A stretch of 59,527 nt of DNA, counting the filler, from Basidiobolus ranarum (Eukaryota), in NCBI GenBank assembly GCA_040143965.1. It is 4 parts of 4 records of this genome, joined end to end, with 100 filler letters (N's around TTAATTAATTAA, not from the genome) between each part and the next. Parts side by side here need not be neighbours in the genome. Positions count along the whole stretch, not along the records: positions 29,877 to 44,657 come from JASJQH010007286.1; positions 44,758 to 59,527 come from JASJQH010007287.1; 2 more parts are not named here. The stretch is one strand, 5' to 3'. Both the position numbers and the translations under genes were made by a program. Below the pieces are notes generated by a model. The model was not told the origin of the DNA and did no database searches. It saw only the letters and a list, made by a program, of their open reading frames with translations. Below are positions 37,301 to 52,000 of this stretch, in pieces; positions within the stretch are counted from its first letter, which is position 1, and each line of letters starts with the position of its first letter.

Positions 37301-40300
37301 ACGGATGCAACATTTAGGACACTCTGTCTTCTTAATGAATAAATAAGAATTCCATCAGTACTGACTCTGTGTCAAATACATCTTTTCTTGTCCTATTAAC
37401 AAGTTTTGCATCAGTACTGACTCTGTGCCAAACAATGAGAGTCTATTTCTAAATATTCATGCATCTATCAATTAGAACAATATCTCTTCTTGTTGAATGA
37501 GTATAAATTGCAACAGTATGTACTCTGTGCAAAACATTTAAATCCATTTCTAAAAATTTTGTATTTATATCAACTAAAACAAAATCTTTTCTTGTTTATT
37601 TGTAAGACTTCAGCAGTACTAAGTCTGTGCTAAACAATTAGAGCACATTTCTTATCATCTCATGCTCACTTATATTAGAACTCACTCTTTTCCCATTTCA
37701 GTTACAAGTATTCTAATACTACTAACTCCATGTCAAATTATTAGAACCTATTTCCAAATATTTATATTTGTATATCAACTAGAATAAACTCTTTTCTTAT
37801 TAAATTGTAAGAAACCATTAGTACTGACTCTGTGCCTAAAAATTAGAGCTATCTCCAATCCTTATATGTGTAAGCCTGTTAGAATGCACTCCACAGCTAA
37901 AATTGTTACACATTTCTAATAATTACAGGCTTGCTTCAACTGGACACAATCTCTTCTTGCTGAAGTAGTGAGAGTTCCATTAGTGCTGAGTGTTTTGGAA
38001 ACCATTAGGCTGCATTGCTTTTGACTTTAAGCAGGATCCTTTTGGAACACACTGTTTCCATATTGCATTTGTGCAATTTGATTAGTACTAACTCTGGCCA
38101 ACACAATTAGTATCAATTTCTTGCAAACCCTTGTGTATGCAGCCAAAGCACAGTCTTTTCTGGTGGAATTGATATGAATTCCTTTAGTACAGACCTTGTG
38201 CAACACAATTAGAGTTTATTTCTCTACATTTGTTGCATTTATAACTTGAACACAATCAATCCTTGTTCATTGATTGGAACACCATTAGTACTGACTCTGT
38301 TCATCTTTTTGTGCATAAACCTGATAGTTCATACAGACCCTGCAGAAAGGAATGAGACCCATTTCTACCACTTTCCTAGGTACAACAACTTGAAAACAAT
38401 CTTTTTGTTTTGAATTAGCAAGAATTCCATTAGAACTGACTCTGTGCCAACAAGTTTAAGCCTATTTTTGAGCAATTGATGCTGAACCTGTTAGATCACA
38501 ATCTTCACATAGCAATGAGAAGTTTATTGGTATTAACTGTGCAGTAAAAAATATGGACCTATTTATAGTATATATATGCATATATATTTACAAAACTTTT
38601 CTTGATGATTCAATAAGAGTTCTCATAGAACTGACCCTCTGCCAGACCATTAAAGGCAATTACTGATTGTTGCATGCATGAATCTGTAAAATCACACTCT
38701 TTACTTGCTTTATGTGTGAAACAATATTAGCACTGTTTCTTGGCCATACAATTAAAGCTTATTTCTGATTGCTTCATTCCTGTATGCATTAGAGCAAACT
38801 CTATCTCATTGATTTGAATGCATTCCATCACTGCTGACTCTGTGCAAAGGATTAGAGCCAATTTCTGAAACTCATGGATTAATCCATGAGCACACACTTG
38901 TTTGTCATTGACTTTGAAGTAATTCCTTTAGAGCCAACTCTTCACCACTCAATTTGAGTCTATTATTTGGTATATCATCCTAAAATCTTTAGAACACACT
39001 TTTTCCCTCAAAATTTGTATGTTTTCCATTAGCTCTGACTCTGTGCCCAACAGTAAGAGCAAATATCAGGTCCTATGATGCATAAATCTGTTAAAACACA
39101 TTGTTTTGACATTGGATTCATAGGAATTTCGATAAAACTAACTTTGTACCAGACAATTAAAAGCCATTTCTGCTATTCTTGATGAAATTCAAAGAACAGT
39201 TTGTATCTTTTTGGATTTGAATAAGTTCAACAGTACCAGCACTATGCCAAATAATCAAAGCAAAATGATAATTGATTAATGAATAAATCTGTTAGAACTC
39301 ACTGGTTTCAACAAATACTTCATGCTTAAACCAAATAGAGCAGACACTTTTTGGTTGTGTTTGAATAAAGTCTATTAGTACAACTCTGAACCAACCAAAT
39401 GGAGTCTTTTTTGAACCACTTTCTTGCAATTACATGCAAAAATCTGTTAGAAAACAATATTCCTTATTTCAGATTCAAAGGAATATCATTCAAACTGAAT
39501 ATGTGCAAAAGCATTTGGTCAATTTCTAAACATTTCATGCTAAACTCTACTCAAAGACACAGTTTTCCCATTGAATTTGAATGAATTGCATGAGTACTGA
39601 ATCTGTGCCAAACAGTGAGAGCCTAATTCGCATCAATTGATGTTCAAATCTGTTGAAACACACTCTTTTGTCATTGGATTTGAAGGAATTGCCTTTGAAC
39701 TCACTCTGTACCAAAATATTGAAAACCATCCCTGATTATCTTGCTTGTACTCATATAAAACATACTGACTCATTGCATTTGAATAAAATACATGAGTACC
39801 AACACTGTGTTCAACAATGAGTGTAAGTTAAAGATCTATTAATGTGTGATTTTGTTTGAACTCCCTTTGTCTCATGGAATTTGTCTGTACTTCAAGAGTA
39901 CTGACTCTGTGCCAAGCAATTAGAGTCTCCTTCAAAGCCTATCACTGTTAATTACATAAATTCACTTGAAAACACTTGTTTGTCTTAGAATTCCAAGGAA
40001 TTCCGTTTGATCTGACTATGACCATAGAGTTAGAGCCCATATTTGATCATTTCAATCTAAACTTTGCTAGAACAGTCTGTTTTCCCACTGAGTTGAAATA
40101 AATTGCATTAGTACTGACTCCGCACCAAATATTAAGAGCCTATTTCAGTTCATTTCAATCTAAACTTTCCTAGAACAGTCTGTTTTCCCACTGAATTGAA
40201 ATAAACTGCATTAGTACTGACTCTGCACCAAATACTAAGAGCCTATTTCAGATCATTTGATTCATTATTTTGTTAGAACACACTCTTTTGTCATTTGATA

Positions 40301-43300
40301 TGAAGGAATTTAGTTAGTACTAGCTTTGCACCAAACAGTTAGGAACTATTCCTGATGATTATGCCTGAACTTACCAAACACAGTCCATCTCTTCAAATTT
40401 GAACAAACTCCATTAATACTGACTCTGCACCAAACAATTAAAGCCTATTTCTGATCATTTCATGCTGAGATATTTGAAACAAATGCTGTCCCAATGAATT
40501 TGAGAGAATTCCATGAGTACAGACTCTGTGCTACACATTTAGATCCATATCTGATCATTTCATGCTGAGTTATTTAAAACAAACTCTGTCCCAATTTGTT
40601 TGAAAGAATTCCATTAGTGCTGACTCTGTGCCTCACATATAGAACCATTTCTGATAAATTCATGCTGCATTCCTTTGAACAAAATAATTACTGGATTTGA
40701 ATGAAATCCATTAGTACTCAATCTTTGCTAAACAATTGGCACAAATTGATGATTATTTAATATGTTGATCTGCTAGAACTAACTCTTTTCTTCTTGAACT
40801 TATCAGAGCTTCCTTAGTACTGCCTCTGTGCCAATTAATAAGAGTCTGCTTTAGGCAGATATCTGGAAAACACATGCATAAATCCATTAGAAAACACTTT
40901 TGACATTGGATTTGAAAGAATTCCATTAGAAGTGACTTTGTACAATAGAGTTAGGCCCATTTTCAAACATTTCATGCTAAACTTTATTACAGCAAACTGC
41001 TGTCAAATTAAATTTCAATGAATTCCATTAGTACTGACTATGTGCCAAACAGTGAGTGCCTATTTCTGATCATTTGACACATCAATCTGCTAGAATACAC
41101 TCTTTTGTCATTGGATTTGAAGGAATTTCAATAGAGCCAACACTTCACCATACAATTAGAGACCATTTTTGATCACCATGCTTAAATTTTCAAAGCAAAT
41201 TTTATCTCATTGAGTTTCAATGGATTTCATGCTTAATTCCTTAAGAACGAACTCATTTATCATTGGATTTGATTGAAAGTCATTAGTACTAACTTTGTGC
41301 AAATAATTGGCTTAAACTGATGACAACAGGATGTGTAAATCAGGCAAACTCACTCCTTTCTCATCATATTTTTCAGATCATCATTGGTACTGACTCTGTG
41401 CCAAGCAACTAGAGTCTACTATTAAGCCTGTTTTAAAAAATCACATGTGTAACTTCACTGAAAAACAATTCTTTCTCATTAGGTTTAAAACTTCCATCAG
41501 AACTGACTGTGTACTACAGTGTCAGAACCCATTTTTGCTCATTTCAAGCTAACTTATATTGGAACAACCCATTGTCTCATTGAATTTCAATGAGCTCCAT
41601 CAGTACAGACTCTGTGCCAAACAATGAGAGCAAATATGTGACAATTAATATGTAAAGCTATTTGCAGAAAATCTTTTCTCAACAGACTTGACAGAATTCC
41701 ATTATTACAGACTCTGTGCCAAACAATGAGAGCAAATTTGTGATCAATTAAGGTGTAAATCTATTTGCATAAACTCTTGTTTCAACAGACTTGCAGAATT
41801 CTATCAGTACAGACTCTGTGCCAAACAATGAGAGCAAATTTGTAATCAATTATTATGTAAGTCCTTTAGCATAAACTCTTTTTTCAAAAAATATGACACA
41901 ATTACATTAATACTGACTCTATCCCAAACCATCAGAGCCAATTTATGATGATTTGATGCGTAAATTGCTTAGAACCAACTTTTTTGTCATTGGATTTGAA
42001 GAAATCTCATGAGAGCTGACTCCACAGCATATAATAGAAACAATTTCTGATTATCTGGCTTGCATCAACAAAGCTTGTTTTATCTCAGAAAATTCAAGTG
42101 AATATTGAGGTACTGACTCTGCACCAAACAATAGCACCCTTTTCTGACTTCATGATGCTGATGTAATTGGAACAAACTCTGCCACAACCAACTTGAAAGA
42201 ATTCTGTTTGACTGACTCTGTGCCTCACATTTGGAGCCCATTTCTAACAGTTTCATGATTAAATCCTTTAGAGAAGACACAGTTAACATTAGATTTGCAT
42301 GAAATCCATTAGAATTAACTCTGTGCCATTTATTGGTGCTAAACTGATGATCTTTGGATGTATTGATCTGTTAGAACTCACTCTTTTGTCATTGAATTTT
42401 CAGAACTTCATTAGTACTGACTCTGTGCCAAACAATTTGAGTCTACTTGCAAGCCCACCATTATCAAAATAACATCACAAATCCATTGGAAAATACTTCT
42501 TTGTCATTGGATATGGGGGAATTTCACAAGAATCAAATATATATATATAAGTCAGGTGCCAAATTTGATCCTTTAATGATAAACATTATTAGCACAAACT
42601 GTTTTCCTCTGGAATTTAAAAGAAATCTATTTGTAATGCTATTACCCAAAATAATAAGAGCCAAATTTTCTTCATATCAAGTGTAGGGTTCCACTAATTA
42701 CAAGTTTAAACCCTTTAGAACACACTCATTTATCATTGGAGTCAGGTGAAATTCATTAGTTCTGACCCTGTGCCAAGCTATTAGCATGAATTGATCATTA
42801 TTCAATGTGTAACTTCTAGAACTAACTCTTTTCTCATTAAATTTATCAGAACTTCATTAGTAATGACTCTGTGCCAAACAATTTGAGTGTACTTGCAAGC
42901 CCACTATTATCAAAATAACATCACAAATCTATTGAAAAATATTTCTTAGTCATTGGATCTGAGGGAATTTCACAAGAATCAATTATATATATATATAAGT
43001 CAGGTGCAAATTTTGATCATTTAATGATAAATATTATTAGCACAAACTGCTTTCCTCTGGAATTTAAAAGAAATCTATTTGTAATGCTATTACCCAAAAT
43101 AATAAGAGCCAAATTTTCTTCATATCAAGTGTAAGCCCTGCTAGAACACATTGCTTTGCCATTAGATTTTTAACATTTATATTAGTATACACTCTGCATC
43201 AAACAATGAATGTATATCTCTGATCAACTCATAAGTAAATAACTTTGCTCAAACTCTTTTATCAATAATTTTGAAACAATCGCACTAGTATGGCCTCTGT

Positions 43301-44657
43301 CCTTAACTGTGAGAGTCAACTTCTGATAGTTTTTTGCATAAATCTGTTAGAACAGACTATTTTGTCATTGGCTTTGAAAGAATCTCCTGGAAATTGACCA
43401 TGTGCCCAACAATTAAAAGCCATTTCTGATTATTTGGTCCATATGTACAGATCATATGATATCTCTAGAATTTCAAAGAGCTGCATTAGTACTGACTATG
43501 TGCCAAAGAATTAGAGCCTATTCAAGGAAACTTATGGGTAAATCTATTAGAACACAGCCCTCTGTCATTAGATTTGAAATAATTCCATCAGAACTGGCTC
43601 TGCATCAAACAACTATCACCCATTTCTGATCATGTCTGCTGAGATATCTGTAACATACTCTGTCCCAATCAATTTAAATGATTTCCAATAATGCTGACTA
43701 TGTGCCATACAATTAGAGCTTGTTTCTGATGACTTCCTGCTTAAATCCTTTAGGATACACACTTTTATCATTGAGTTTGAAAGAATTAATTATTACTAAC
43801 TCTATACCAAAGAATCAGCATATAATGAAGATTAGTTGAGTTATCATATGTTAGTACTGATGCTTTCCTCACTGAATGCTTTAGAACTTCATTAGTACTG
43901 AAACTATGCCAAGTAATTAGAGTCTGCTTTCCAGCACATTTTGGTCAGTCACATGCATAAATTCATTAGGGAACACTTTTTTGTCCTTAGATTGGAAAAA
44001 ATTCAATTAAAACTAATTATATGCCTTAGAGTTAACACCCATTTTTGATAATTTAGTGCTAAACCTTTTTTTAATACTCTATTTTCTCATTAAATATGAA
44101 AGAATCACACTATTGATGACTCTGTCCCAAACTGTGGAGCCTATTTCTGATTGTTTGATATGTAAGTCCATTAGAACATGCTCTTTTGTCATTTAATATG
44201 AAGGAGACCCATCCGAACTAACTCTGTGCCAAACAATAAAACCCAATCAGGATTAGCTTGTTGGAATGTATTCACCACTTTCTATCTTATTGGATTTGAA
44301 TGACTACCATTAGCACTAACTCTGCACCAAACAATTAGAACCCATTTTTGAGCATTTTGTGCTGGAATATTTTGAACAAACTCTGTCAAACTAATTTGAG
44401 AGAATTACATTAGTACTGACCCAACGCCACACAATTAGAGCCCATTTCTAATAATTTCATGCTTAAATCCTTTAGAACACACTCATTCATCTTTGTATTT
44501 AAATGCAATTCATGAGTACTAACTCTGTGCCAAACTATTTGCATAAATTGAAATTGTTTGATAAGTAAATGCATCATAACTGACTTTATTTTCTTTGAAT
44601 TTATAAAAACTTTGTCAGTACTGACACTGTGCCAAGCAATAACATGTACTTGCCAGT
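31330..44657. repeat. Diverged tandem satellite, ~100-103-bp monomer, running into a gap
   Basis: Recurrent core ATTCCATTAGTACTGACTCTGTGCCAAACAATTAGAGC plus TTAGAACACACTCT. Example core positions are 40111, 40214, 40317, ~40417, 40517 and 40617. Confidence 0.93.
33441..33792 (-). mobile_element. Solo LTR of Copia family A inserted in the satellite
   Basis: Homologous to LTRs 13478-13825 and 57197-57542. Flanked by TATTC/CATTC, a 5-bp TSD with one transition. Confidence 0.88.
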
Positions 44658-44969
44658 NNNNNNNNNNNNNNNNNNNNNNNNNNNNNNNNNNNNNNNNNNN
44701 NTTAATTAATTAANNNNNNNNNNNNNNNNNNNNNNNNNNNNNNNNNNNNNNNNNNNNTACATCACTCTTCCAAATATGGTCTGTATATCTATATTGCGTA
44801 TTGCATACGGAGGTTGCATTAGCGTTCAAATAAAATATCTTCGATAAACAATTGAGATGGAGCCCAAGGTTACCTGCTCCAATTATGAGTGGTTTAACAT
44901 TTGGGAAACTGTGTGGTTTCTTGCACAAAATCACCTTGATTTTGAGGCAATTGTGGAAAAACCAAAACC

Positions 44970-47900
44970 TGATCAAAGCATTGAGGGGATTTGGAAGTGT
45001 TTTGGACAAGATTTAGATTTGTGAATTAGACACTTAAGTTTTATTGAATTGAATATGCCTATTTATAGGTTACTATAAAGTATAACTACTGTACATGCTT
45101 AGATCATAACAAACATGCCTGTTAAGCATGGGTGAAAATTTGAGTTGATTTGGATAAGTTTTGAGAAAATATTGAAATTGATATAAGTGATCTAATTGAT
45201 ATTTCTATCAATTAGAGTACTATACACACATATTTGAATGGCAGAATTGACTGTTAAATAATTGTAATATGAATAAACTAAGTAATAAATAATGAGTTGC
45301 TATTTATCTAATTTCAACATTCCCACTCAACCACTTATTTGTATTTCTCTTAAACCTAACTTATATTTATATAATTCAAATTATGCTTTAGCTAAAGGTT
45401 TGGTTATGATGTCAGCAATCATTTCTTTAGTAGGGCAATAGCCAAGTTCAATTTTATCATTCTCTACTGCTTCTCTGACAAAATAAAGCCTAATATCTGT
45501 ATGTTTTTGTTTTACCATGAAATGTAGGGTTTTTAGCTAATGAAATACAACCTTGATTATCTTCAAATGCAGTAATAGCACAATTTTGCATGTATCCTAA
45601 GTCTATAAATCACTTCCTAAACCACATAGCAGCTTGCGTAGCAGCAGAGGCAGCCATATACTCTGCCTCTGTAGTGGAAAGTGCTATGGTTGGTTGCTTC
45701 TTACTATTTCACATTATGGTTACTTTACCATAGAGAAAAGTGTACCCAGTCATTAAACTTCAATCATCAAGGTTTCTTCCCCAATCTGCATCACTGTAGC
45801 CTTAAAATTCTGTGCATCAAGAGTGGCAGAGTATTGCTTAATTTGATCAACAGTTCTTCTCAAATACCTGAATATTTGTTTTACTGCAGTTTTGTGCTTG
45901 GTTCTTGAATTTTTGAGATTTTGGCTGACAGTTCCCACTGCCACAGCAATGTCTGGACATGCTTCAACTAATGTATACATTAAACTAAGTTTTATTGATT
46001 TAAATATGTCATATACTTGGGTTACTGTCAAATCAGACTATTGAATATTCTTAGATTATAACAAACATGCCTATTGAGCATGGGTGAAAATTTGAGATGA
46101 TTTGGAGAAGTTTTGAGAGAATAGTGCAAGTTGGTAAAAGTGATAAAATTGATATTCTATCAATTAGAGCAATAAACACATATTTTTGAATGGTAGAATT
46201 GAGTGCTAAATAATAAGAATATGAATAAACTAACTATGTAATAAGGAGTTGCTATTTACCTAATTTTAACATTCCCACTCAACTAGTTATTTTGCATTTC
46301 TCTAAAACCTAACTCATGTTTTAATAATTCAAATTGTGCTTTAGCAAAAGGTTTGGTCAAGATGTCAGCATTTGTTTCTTCAGTAGGGCAATAGACAAGT
46401 TCAATTGTATCATTCTCTATTGCTTCTCTAACAAATGATTCCTAATATCTATATGTTTTGTTCTAGCATGAAATATAGGGTTTTTAGCTAATGAAATACA
46501 TTCTGATTATCTGCAAACACAGTTATAGCACATTTTGCATGTACCCTAAGTCTGTAAATAACTTTCTTAACCACATAGCATCTTGTGTAGTAGCAGAGGT
46601 GGCCATATAGTCTGCTTCTGCAGTGGAAAGTGCTATGGTTCGTTGCTTCTTACTATGTCAAGCTATGGCTCCATTACCATAGAGAGAAGGATACTCAGTT
46701 GTTGATATTCCATCATCAAGGTTTCTCCCCAGTCTGCATCACTGTAGCTTTCAAAAATTTTGTGCATCAGGAGTGGCAGAGTATTCCCTAAAACAAGATC
46801 TACAGTTCCTCTCAAATACTAATATATTCATTTAACTGCAGTTTTGTGATCAGATCCCGGATTTTTGAGAAGTTGGCTGACAGTTCCTGCTGTCACAGCA
46901 ATGTCTGGACATGTTCCAACCATTGTATACATTAAACCACCCAATGTGGATTGCTAAGGGAACTCCTGGCTTTGATTTGAGGCATTTTTGGCCAAATTGG
47001 ATGAAATCTTGATTATTTCCACATTGGGATCAATTGGTGTGGATACAGGCTTGCAATTCTCCATGTTGAAGTGTTTTAGAATGTCTAGGATATATCTAGA
47101 CTGATTTGGCTTGATTTTCTGATTAGGTTTTTCTCTCTTGACTTGGATTCCAAGTAACTTAATTCAACCATGTCAGCAATCTGAAATTGTTAGCTGCTCT
47201 TCCTTAGATTATGTGCTTCTAGATCATTTATGGCTGTGATCAAGTCATTCACCTATAGTGCCAAGAGAAAGATCCTATTTCTGGTTGTTTTGATATAAAT
47301 ACTGTAATCTGCTGTGCATTTTTGGAATTCCAGCATTTCCAAATAGGTTTCTATGTTGTTGTACCATGCTTACACCAGGACTTATATAATGGAGCCAAGT
47401 TTAGCTACTGGAGCAAAAGTCTCATTAAAATCAACTCCTGGAGTCTGGGAATGGGCTTTTGCAACTAATATTACTTTGTACCTTTCTATGGATCCATCAG
47501 CTTGGTCTTTGACTTTGAAGCCCCATTTACAACTCATTGGCTTTCTCCCTGATGTTAGAGAATTTAAAACCCACATTTTATTGTCCTGTAGTGAAGAAAA
47601 CTCATCAGACATTGCTTGTTGCCATAATTTTGATTTTGGATACTCCAGAGCTCAATAAAGAGTGTGTGGCTTGTCAAAGCATGCTGCATATGCATATACA
47701 GCATCATTGGAAGTGATCCACCAGTTCCCTGGCTTATTTCTCCATCTGGATGATCTTCTGCATCATGAATCATCCTCTGATGTAATTAGGACCAAAACTT
47801 TGGCTGCATAGGGCTCAGATACAGCTGGAATTTAGTCAAACACTTCCTTAATAGTGCTGATTATGCCTTCTGGATAAAGGACTATCATTTGAGGTGAAGA

Positions 47901-49067
47901 ATTTGCTTTTTCATCAAAAATCACATCTCTGCACTTGATTAACTTCTGATTTTTGGTAGCAAACAGCCTGCAGGCCGTAGATCCATAACAGTAACCAAGA
48001 AATATGCATTATCTGCATTGTGTTCCAGTTGTGCGTGACTTTGAGCTGGAGTTAGGCAAAATGAGGTGTAACCAAAGATTCTGAGATGATCCACACTTGG
48101 CTTTGATCCATATAGGAGTTCAAATGGATTAAAATTTTTGTAGCAATCTTGTTGGGCATCTGTTTTTATATAGACTGCAGTGGAGACAGATTCAGCCCAA
48201 TATTGGTAATCTAACTTTTGATCATGTAACACTGATCTTGCCATCTCCACTATAGTTCTATTAGTGCATTCTGCAACTGCATTTTGCTGTGGATTATAAG
48301 GCACAGTAGTTTGTTGCTTAATTCAATGTTTAGAAAAAAAATAGCAAAGTGTCTAAAGCAGTATTCTCCATTATTATCACTCCTTAGCACCCCTCTTTTT
48401 ATGCTGATTATTTCTCTACCATTTCTTTATAGTGCTTGAACATAGTTCAGGCAAGAATACAAATGTATATCTTGTTTTACCATCTACAAAGATCATAAGG
48501 TACCTTTTCCCACCTAGTGAGATATATTTCATAGGCTCACATTGATCCAAATGAATCAGGCCAGAATCCTGAGTGGATTTGATTGCTCTGGAGCTTGCAA
48601 ACAGTGGTCTCTGATGTTTTACATAGATGCTATTATCACAAGTATCTAAATTATTGATAATTTCAAAAATAGTACTGGTACAGATTGCTTCAACAGCTAG
48701 CTTGGGGCTCATAACCTGATAAAAGTGTTTAGGGGAATTGGTAGTGTTTTGGATAAGATTTGGATTTGTAAATTAGACATTTAAATTCTATTGAATTGAA
48801 TATGTCCTATTTATAGTTCACTATCAAATAGAACTATTAGATGTGCTTAGATTGTAACAAGCATACCTGTTAAGCATGGGTGAAAATTTGAGGTGATTTG
48901 GGAAGTTTTCAGAAAATAGTTAAAGTTGGTAAAAGTGATCTAACTAATATTGCTTTCAGTTAGAGCAATAAACAGACATTTTTGAATGGCCAAATTGAGT
49001 GCTATATATTCAGAACATGAATAAACTAACAACCAAAAAATGAGTTGCTATATATCTAATTTCAACC
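44970..49067 (-). mobile_element. Ty1/Copia family B element, gag-deleted, with a duplicated 3' segment
   Basis: LTRs at about 44970-45319 and 48717-49067, plus a partial internal LTR ending near 46271. PBS GGTTATGAGCCC at 48705-48716. PPT present. Integrase (PQQNAVAE) and RT (CKWGFKVK...ETFAPVA) remnants. TSD AAACC on both sides. Confidence 0.92.
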
Positions 49068-52000
49068 AAACCAGGCAATACTCTGAACATTCTGAACTTA
49101 TTTCATGTGGCTTGTCCTGAGTATTGGCAAGCAAATAGTAATTGGGCTAGTATAGGCCTGTTCAAGAAATATCTCAAAAATGAACATAATTATCAACTTG
49201 GAAAAGAAAGAAAAGCAGCTAAAGAGGTACTCAAGGAGCAGGAAGTTAGTAAACCCAAGGGAAAAGCAAAGGCAACAATGAGTTTAGGTTCAACTGTCCT
49301 ACTTACCAAATTCTTCATGCCATTACAAACATCTGAATTCCCAGAGTCTGACATAGTGGCAAAAAAGCTTACTGTCACAAGGGAACCAGGTAAACCAGTT
49401 GGAAGAGTGCAAAATTTGGAAGTTTTTATGACACCTGCACCTCTCAACCAGCCAAAACAATGGCAAATAAAATCATGGCTCTGCAACTCAATTGGTACTT
49501 TTCAAAGTGTTGAAATTAGCCCTAAACTCAACGGCAATTAAAAAGCCACACAGATACTACAAAGCACCCTCAGTAGTGTTACACTACATGGATGTACAAA
49601 AATAGTCAAAGTGCTTGAGGAGTATTTTCACAAGTCTAAAGGTGATAATGCAGTGCAAGAATGCAGAAAGTGGCTTCACAAGAAGCCAGATATCCAGGAA
49701 GTACTTAATAAGGAGTGGCACAATATTGCAAGCTATATGCCATATAGCTGGAAGAATGTTAATTCAGCAACTTTAATTCAATGGTGCACTTTGATGGAGA
49801 TATTGATACAAACCTGTGCTGGATATTAGCTAAGCCTATCACAGGATATCTGCTAGTAAGCTGGAGAAATGTTAATTCAGCAACTTTAATACAATGGTGG
49901 GCTTTGTTGGAGATATTGATAAAAACTTGTGTTGGATATGAGCTAAGCCTTTCATGTGAAGAACTTGATTAAAATATTCAGGAAAATATATCAAAGAAAT
50001 CAGGAATTTCAATGGTAACATATTAGCATTCAAGTGGTAAATATGTAGAATTTGAGTAACATTTTTAGCAAATGAGTTGATCAATAGTTCTCAGCGATTG
50101 TAGCTAATCATGTGCACTATTTTATGAGATCTTGAAATTTCATTCCTGAAACTAAAATGTTGGTGAAACTCTAACTTGACAATTTTGTGATAGTAGGGAA
50201 TGGTCAATTCAAATGGATTAAAATTGTGATGGTTCTCCTATGATAACAACCCTCAAATTTTGGTTAGGGTTGGTGGCAAGCAACAGTTGCTAATCAACAG
50301 TGGGAAAAGTGTAAGAAAACTAATAAACACCTGGTTGCTAAGATTGGATTGAAATCTCCACTCCTCAAGAATCAAAGTTGTTTCCTTTTGTATAAGTGTT
50401 ACAGGTGGACCAATGCCTGCCAATAGCAAAGAGTCTGTAACAGAACCATTGTCTTCTTCTTCATCTTACGATATACTACCATCAGTACTAGAACAACCAA
50501 GATCAGCATCTAGCACTGTATCCTCAGAGTTATCAGGACTTACTGGCTCAACCAAACTTACAACTTACCTACAGCATTCTGATTGTTTAACTGTGTTAAC
50601 TCCACAGCATCTTGACTTTCAGCAGTGTTACCAAAACTTTAAGGTAAAGCACAACCAGTGGACTCAGTGGGCTACACTTCAATTAATTTTGTGGACTTAT
50701 TACCATTGATATTTGCCAGACTTTGTGCAGCTGGTGGCTTTGCACAGTGACTATGCTTGTGAATAATTTTTCTACAAAGCCTCTGACTTTCCTAGCAGAA
50801 GAATTTGTGGCAATAATAGCAGGGCCATAAGGTGTGCAATTTTAGATATATCCCATCAATACCATTGGCTGATTTTGAGACAATATCACAGATTAGTCTT
50901 CAGGGGATTTACAAGATACTTCTGGTGATGGATCATAATTTTGGTTGATCATACACTGTTTCTAAGCCATTTCCATATATTAAGTGTGCCATCTGAAAAT
51001 TCCAATGCCATTGAAAAAGCATACAAAGTCTAAATCAAAATTGACTTCTAAGCAAAACCTGCTGGCATAAAAGGAAAAACGCAGCAAGAACAGGGGACTT
51101 AATTGATGAGCAGTCTAGCAATCCACTGTCCACCTTGGAAGGCATTAATATTCCATTAAGTGACTCCGGCAATGATGAAGGGTTAATCAATTTATCAGAT
51201 GTGTTTGTTTCTATTGATTTTTCTTTGGAAAGCATTAACAAGCTGAAAACTAACTTAAGAAATGATGAAGCATTGATCATTTTACCAGAGGTGCTCCTTT
51301 GCAGCAATAGTGCAAGTGAAGTGATTGTAATCCCCCAATTATGTAGTAATTCAATAGTTGAGCAAAGTTCAACAGAAATACTGTCAAGAGCATCAATTTC
51401 CAAAATGCTTAATTTGCCAACTATTGAACACCCCTCTATAGACAATGTGGACTGAATTATTACATCAGAGGAATTTCAGGCAGAATACATTAATGACTTG
51501 TATGCAATCATAAGTGAAGCTTAAAAATTGCTATACAGGCCATGACAAGCAATAGAGCCACATTATCACCAAAAGTACAGTGTTCTGAAAAAACTAGTCA
51601 TCAGTTAGGGAGTCACCTCATAATGATACCCCTCACAGAAATTTTAGGATTGTTATTGTAGGAAAACCATCACAATCTTAATCCATTTTGGCTGGACCAT
51701 TTACTTACCATCATAAAACTGTCAAGTTAGATTTATTTTTAATAAATTTTTTCAGTTTCAGGAGTGAAATTCAAGATATCACCAAATAGTTGCACATGAT
51801 TAGCTACAATCTCAGAGAACTATGGATCAACACATGTGCAAAAAACATAACTCAAATTTTACACAAATACCATTGGAATGCTAATTTGTCAACTTCAAAA
51901 TCCCTAGTCTCTGTGAAATATTCTTCTTAATATTTTTATAGGGTTCTTCATACCATAAGTTTAGCCCATAACCTACACAAGTTTGTATCAATATCTCTGT

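Noticed and set aside
31330-44657. Satellite as a CRISPR-like array or a decayed 34-aa (TPR) coding repeat
   Set aside because: The stretches between boxes are homologous to each other rather than unique spacers, and there are no cas genes. The period varies from 100 to 103 bp, so no reading frame is kept.
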